From contig JBAWVI010000034.1 of the NCBI GenBank assembly GCA_037147375.1, positions 1 through 9,439 on the forward strand: a stretch of DNA of 9,439 nucleotides. Reading direction: 5' to 3'. The notes below the pieces were generated by a model, which made no database searches, was not told the DNA's origin, and saw only the letters and a program-made list of their open reading frames with translations. A program made the position numbers and the translations under genes. Source of the DNA: an archaeon (GTDB lineage: Archaea > Iainarchaeota > Iainarchaeia > Iainarchaeales > CSSED10-239). Shown piece after piece: positions 6,397-9,439 of the stretch. How positions within the stretch are numbered: the first letter of the stretch is position 1; each line of letters starts with the position of its first letter.

Positions 6397-7845
6397 ATGG
6401 ACCAAAAAAATACGATTTTGAAATATATTTTATTAATAATTGCTAGTTTTTTATTAGCATTTACTGGGCTTAAATATATATTCTTTTTAGCACCATGGAT
6501 ATCAATGATCTTTTTTATATACTATTTTAGACAAGAAAATAAATGGTTTGAATATCCTATTTTTATTTTACTATTATTTATCCCAAAGTTTTTTACAATC
6601 CATAATGGCTGGGACATGTCAATTTGGTTAGAATTATTTGCAACTTTATTTGTAACAGCTCCTTTATTAGCTGGGCTTTTAGTTGATAAATATTTCCATA
6701 AAAAAGTAAGTAGTCTAGTATCAACTTTAGTTTTTCCAGCAACATACATAATTTTAGATTTACTTCTAGGATTATCTTTGTTTGGTAATTTTGCATCTAT
6801 TGCAATTACTCAGTTTGAGTTTAAATCTCTTATTCAATTAGCAGCAGTAACTGGACTTGGTGGTATTTCATTTATGGTTTTCTGGTTTTCAAGCACAGTT
6901 GCAACTTTATGGAAAAGTAATTTTAATATACAAAAAGAAAAGCTTTTAATTAAAATATTTTTAATTATATTTTTAACTATAATCATATTTGGTGGAATTT
7001 ATTATACAATTTCGATTCCTACTGGTAATACAGTTAGGATTGGTGGGGTTTCTGTAGAACATAAAAGTGATATGTGGAATATTATTGATATGAAAACACC
7101 TGAAATTGAAGCACAAAAGTATTCTGCAGAGATACAAGAATTGAATAATGAATTGTTTAATAATAGTCAAAATGCAGTAAATTTTGGAGCAAAGATAGTT
7201 GTTTGGTCAGAAGCTAATGGAGTAATCTATAACGAAGATAGAAATCTATTTATGGAAAAAGCTAAAAAGTTTGCTAAAGACAATCAAGTATATTTTGTGC
7301 CTTCTTTTTTAGTTTTGAAGTATGACACATACTCTGCAGAAAATAAGATGATAATGATAAGTCCAGAAGGAAAAGTAGAATATGAATATGAAAAAACAAT
7401 ATCCTGGTATCCTTCTGAATCAGATGGAATAATTCATACAATAGATACACCTTATGGAAAAATTGGTGGAGCAATATGTTTTGATACTGATTTTCCAAGA
7501 TTTATTAGACAGGCAGCAAAAGAGAATATAGATATATTACTTATTCCTAAATTCGATACACCTTATATTAGTCCTGGGCACACATATGCAGGAATATTTA
7601 GAGGAATAGAAGGTGGTTTTTCAACAGTAAGCCAAGTAAATAAAGGAACTTCTATAGCTTCCGATTATAGAGGAAATGTATTATCTTATCAAGATTTTGC
7701 TACAACAAAAGATAGAACTATGATAGTTGATGTGCCAATTGATGGTAGAAAAACAATATACACTATGTTTGGAGATTGGTTTATTTTCCTTAATGCATTA
7801 TTTTTAATAATATTAACAATATATGTATTTAGAAGAAAGGGTTAA
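6397..7845 (+). CDS. lnt: Apolipoprotein N-acyltransferase (Lnt)-like integral membrane CN-hydrolase (nitrilase superfamily)
   Basis: Seven predicted N-terminal TM helices, a ~250-aa soluble domain, and one C-terminal TM helix (FGDWFIFLNALFLIILTIYVF), which is the Lnt topology. The CN-hydrolase triad is intact: Glu272 in IVVWSEANG (gaa 7210-7212), Lys333 in YEYEKTISWYPSE (aaa 7393-7395; compare Lnt YDKHHLVPFGE), and Cys361 in GGAICFDTDFP (tgt 7477-7479). Spacing is close to E. coli Lnt E267/K335/C387. The gene symbol denotes family resemblance only. Confidence 0.75.
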   Translation: MDQKNTILKYILLIIASFLLAFTGLKYIFFLAPWISMIFFIYYFRQENKWFEYPIFILLLFIPKFFTIHNGWDMSIWLELFATLFVTAPLLAGLLVDKYFHKKVSSLVSTLVFPATYIILDLLLGLSLFGNFASIAITQFEFKSLIQLAAVTGLGGISFMVFWFSSTVATLWKSNFNIQKEKLLIKIFLIIFLTIIIFGGIYYTISIPTGNTVRIGGVSVEHKSDMWNIIDMKTPEIEAQKYSAEIQELNNELFNNSQNAVNFGAKIVVWSEANGVIYNEDRNLFMEKAKKFAKDNQVYFVPSFLVLKYDTYSAENKMIMISPEGKVEYEYEKTISWYPSESDGIIHTIDTPYGKIGGAICFDTDFPRFIRQAAKENIDILLIPKFDTPYISPGHTYAGIFRGIEGGFSTVSQVNKGTSIASDYRGNVLSYQDFATTKDRTMIVDVPIDGRKTIYTMFGDWFIFLNALFLIILTIYVFRRKG

Positions 7846-7878
7846 GATCTAGATTAATAGAAAAGATATACTGATTTT

Positions 7879-7894
7879 AATATCGCTCTCTGCG
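7879..7894 (+). repeat. Direct repeat of the tRNA-Ser 3' end: 11/11 identical core CGCTCTCTGCG (7884-7894 = 6263-6273), 14/16 over 7879-7894 vs 6258-6273. Candidate distal att site or tRNA remnant
   Basis: A GC-rich 11-mer identical to the T-stem/acceptor/discriminator end of the tRNA recurs 39 nt after the Lnt-like stop codon, in the same orientation. The preceding AAT also matches the T loop. A GC-rich 11-mer match by chance is unlikely in such A/T-rich DNA. Confidence 0.55.
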
Positions 7895-8002
7895 TCCAAT
7901 CTTTCTTTACTTGTGAGAAACTCATAAAAAGCAAGAGTCTTTTATATACATAAAAATATTTATTTTTTCTTATTATCTTTGGTAAAAAGCTAGTTTTTTA
8001 AG

Positions 8003-8016
8003 ATATATATATAAAT
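8003..8016 (+). promoter_or_regulatory. TATA-like element ATATATATATAAAT, ~26-31 nt upstream of the in-frame ATGs at 8035/8041
   Basis: The spacing favours a leaderless start at 8035 or 8041 rather than the first ATG of the ORF at 8020, which would lie only a few nt after the box. Confidence 0.35.
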
Positions 8017-8040
8017 TGAATGATTCTAATATATATGTTT

Positions 8041-9087
8041 ATGAAAATCATGATATATGGCGCAGGTGCTATGGGTCGTGGATTTTTAGCACCCACTTTT
8101 TTTAAACAAAATCATGATATATATTTCGTAGATAATAATCTTGAACTTGTAAATGAATTAAAATCAAGAAATCAATATAAAACTGCATTTTCTAATCATA
8201 ATGGAAAGTATGATATTGTTACTGTTGATTATAAGCAAGCATTCTTTTTAGGTGAAGAAGATAAAGAAATAGATAATGTAGATTTAATTTGTTGTTGTGT
8301 TGGTCCAAATAATGTTAAAGAAATAGCTCACAAGTTTACTAATGCAAAAACAATACTCTCTTTTGAAAATGAATATGAATCTGTTGAAAATATTAAGCAA
8401 TTAAGTGGGAATGCAAATTGTTATTTTGGGGTTCCAGATGTAATTACATCTTGTTCATCTCCTATTAAATTAAGAAAAATAGATTCATTATGTTTAGTTT
8501 CTGAATATGGAGAAATTGCATTAGAAAAAGGGAACTATGTTTTAGATCAGAAAACATATTCGCTTGATGATTTAATAAAATATTGGAATTGTAAATTTTA
8601 TGTTCATAATGCACCTCATGCTGTTGTATCCTTTTTAGGTAAAAAAGCGAATTATAAATATATGCATCAAGCAATGAATGATGAAAGTATTAAAAAACAA
8701 GTTGAAGTAATAATGAATCAAATCAAGATTGCAATGAAATTAAAAGGAATGGCTGATCCTGATTTTGTAGATTATTATGCACAAAAAGAATTAGTTAGAT
8801 TTGCAGATAAACAATTGTATGATCCAATTTCAAGAGTAAGTAGAGATCCATTAAGAAAACTTAAACCAAATGATAGGTTAATAAAATCACTTTATTTCAT
8901 ATATGAAACAAATCAAGATATTTTACCAATGATATCTATAATAAAAGTTGTTATTGATGATGCTATTATAAATTATAATAAGAAAGCGAGAAAGGTATTA
9001 GGGGAAACTCCAACAAAGGAATGTATCCTAACAAAGATTTGCAAAATTGAAAAAGACAGCAATTTATATAATCTTATTTGTAAGTAA
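8041..9087 (+). CDS. mtlD: Mannitol-1-phosphate 5-dehydrogenase family protein (long-chain mannitol dehydrogenase family, NAD-binding Rossmann N-terminus)
   Basis: Collinear with remembered E. coli MtlD. [18 protein letters not shown]...YFVDNN matches MKALHFGAGNIGRGFIGK...FADVN. [16 protein letters not shown] matches DLVTTAVGPVVLERIA. ILSFENE matches [38 protein letters not shown] matches [49 protein letters not shown] matches GRQPLRKLSAGDRLIKPL. The ORF is open from 8020. The start at 8041 was chosen because it places GxGxxG at the usual distance from Met and fits the promoter geometry. Confidence 0.85.
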   Translation: [348 protein letters not shown]

Positions 9088-9113
9088 GAAATCTAATAAT
9101 AAGGAAGAGAAAC

Positions 9114-9122
9114 TTATTTAAA
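9114..9122 (+). promoter_or_regulatory. TATA-like box TTATTTAAA centred ~28 nt upstream of the ATG at 9146
   Basis: It lies in the 58-nt spacer after mtlD-like and has the same leaderless geometry as the other genes. It overlaps a 10-bp tandem AACTTATTTA/AACTTATTCT. Confidence 0.3.
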
Positions 9123-9145
9123 CTTATTCTTCTATAACCTTGAGT

Positions 9146-9439
9146 ATGGATAAAAATAAAAAAGTTAAAAGTAATAAAAAAACATATTTAATTTTTATTG
9201 TATTAGGAATTTTATTATTACTTATATTTGGATTCATAATGTATGAATTAAATAAAAAAACATACGATGATATAACTAATTTTGAAGAATGTGCTGCAGT
9301 GACACACGTTATAATAGAAACATATCCAGAACAATGTCAAACACCTGATGGTAAGTTATTTGTAAATGAAAAACAAAATTTAGATGTAGTTTGTACTGAT
9401 GTTTGTGTACCTATGTGGGAAGTTCAAGGCAATTCTTGT
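9146..9439 (+). CDS. N-terminal 98 codons of a membrane-anchored (signal-anchor) Cys-rich extracytoplasmic protein; the 3' end lies outside the window
   Basis: Not in the supplied ORF track because it has no stop in the window; translated by hand as MDKNKKVKSNKKTYLIFIVLGILLLLIFGFIMYELNKKTYDDITNFEECAAVTHVIIETYPEQCQTPDGKLFVNEKQNLDVVCTDVCVPMWEVQGNSC. Lys-rich n-region, one TM helix, then 6 Cys in ~50 aa. The FEECAA...ETYPEQCQTPDGKLF segment resembles a short Cys motif I recall from uncharacterised small proteins of CPR/DPANN genomes (unverified). Confidence 0.55.
   Translation, partial: MDKNKKVKSNKKTYLIFIVLGILLLLIFGFIMYELNKKTYDDITNFEECAAVTHVIIETYPEQCQTPDGKLFVNEKQNLDVVCTDVCVPMWEVQGNSC

Noticed and set aside
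6522-7498. Four minus-strand ORFs (6522-6749, 6593-6796, 6973-7170, 7274-7498) inside the Lnt-like gene
   Set aside because: All are antisense to a gene with strong motif support and are 65-75 aa with no recognisable features.
7843-7856. Overlapping palindromes AGATCT / TCTAGA right after the Lnt-like stop codon
   Set aside because: These are short 6-bp restriction-site-like palindromes that do not form a meaningful hairpin or an extended inverted repeat.
7909-7940. Small hairpin TGAG-AAA-CTCA flanked by CTTG...CAAG after the distal tRNA-fragment repeat
   Set aside because: Only a 4-bp stem, the outer arms are imperfect, and there is no adjacent oligo-T. Not convincing as a terminator or ncRNA.
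8020-8040. First ATG of the mtlD-like ORF (8020) as the start codon
   Set aside because: It would add MILIYMF before the conserved MK..h.GAGxxGRGF N-terminus and lies only a few nt after the TATA-like element. 8041 (or 8035) fits both homology and promoter spacing better. Not excluded.
8465-8674. Minus-strand 69-aa ORF inside the mtlD-like gene
   Set aside because: It is antisense to a CDS with full-length family similarity. Chance ORF.
9111-9130. 10-bp tandem AACTTATTTA / AACTTATTCT upstream of the last ORF
   Set aside because: There are only two imperfect copies in an A/T-rich spacer. It overlaps the putative TATA box and is probably incidental.
1-9439. Looked for CRISPR repeats, integrase/transposase genes, terminal inverted repeats, C/D-box sRNAs, toxin-antitoxin pairs and known defence-system domains
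   Set aside because: No regularly spaced repeats, no recombinase-like ORF on either strand, no TGATGA/CTGA box pairs in the spacers, and no small two-gene cassettes. The only repeat of note is the tRNA 3'-end duplicate reported above.

Overview
Very AT-rich window with six coding regions and one tRNA, all on the + strand. No integrase, transposase, CRISPR array or recognisable defence gene is visible. In order: (1) the 3' part of a large surface or secreted protein that runs off the left edge; (2) a bitopic membrane protein with an extracytoplasmic domain, one internal TM helix and a cytoplasmic winged-helix (MarR/TrmB-like) DNA-binding domain; (3) a 1155-aa signal-peptide-bearing, Asn/Ser/Tyr-rich protein whose C-terminal module carries NlpC/P60-type Cys...His motifs; (4) tRNA-Ser(GCU), with no encoded CCA; (5) an 8-TM apolipoprotein N-acyltransferase (Lnt)-like CN-hydrolase with an intact Glu-Lys-Cys triad, lying between the tRNA 3' end and a distal copy of that 3' end; (6) a clear mannitol-1-phosphate 5-dehydrogenase (MtlD) family homologue; (7) the 5' part of a small membrane-anchored Cys-rich protein that runs off the right edge. 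The host is probably a small-genome, DPANN-like archaeon. The evidence is the lack of Shine-Dalgarno motifs, A/T-rich TATA-like boxes centred about 26 nt upstream of most start codons (leaderless geometry), oligo-T tracts after genes, many N-glycosylation sequons, and the membrane-tethered wHTH architecture. An AT-rich CPR bacterium cannot be excluded from sequence alone. The best candidate for something new is the surface module of genes 1-3: a membrane-tethered regulator flanked by giant secreted proteins, one ending in a papain-fold hydrolase or acyltransferase. The tRNA-flanked Lnt-like mini-islet comes second. All functional calls rest on motif recognition by eye and no searches were run.
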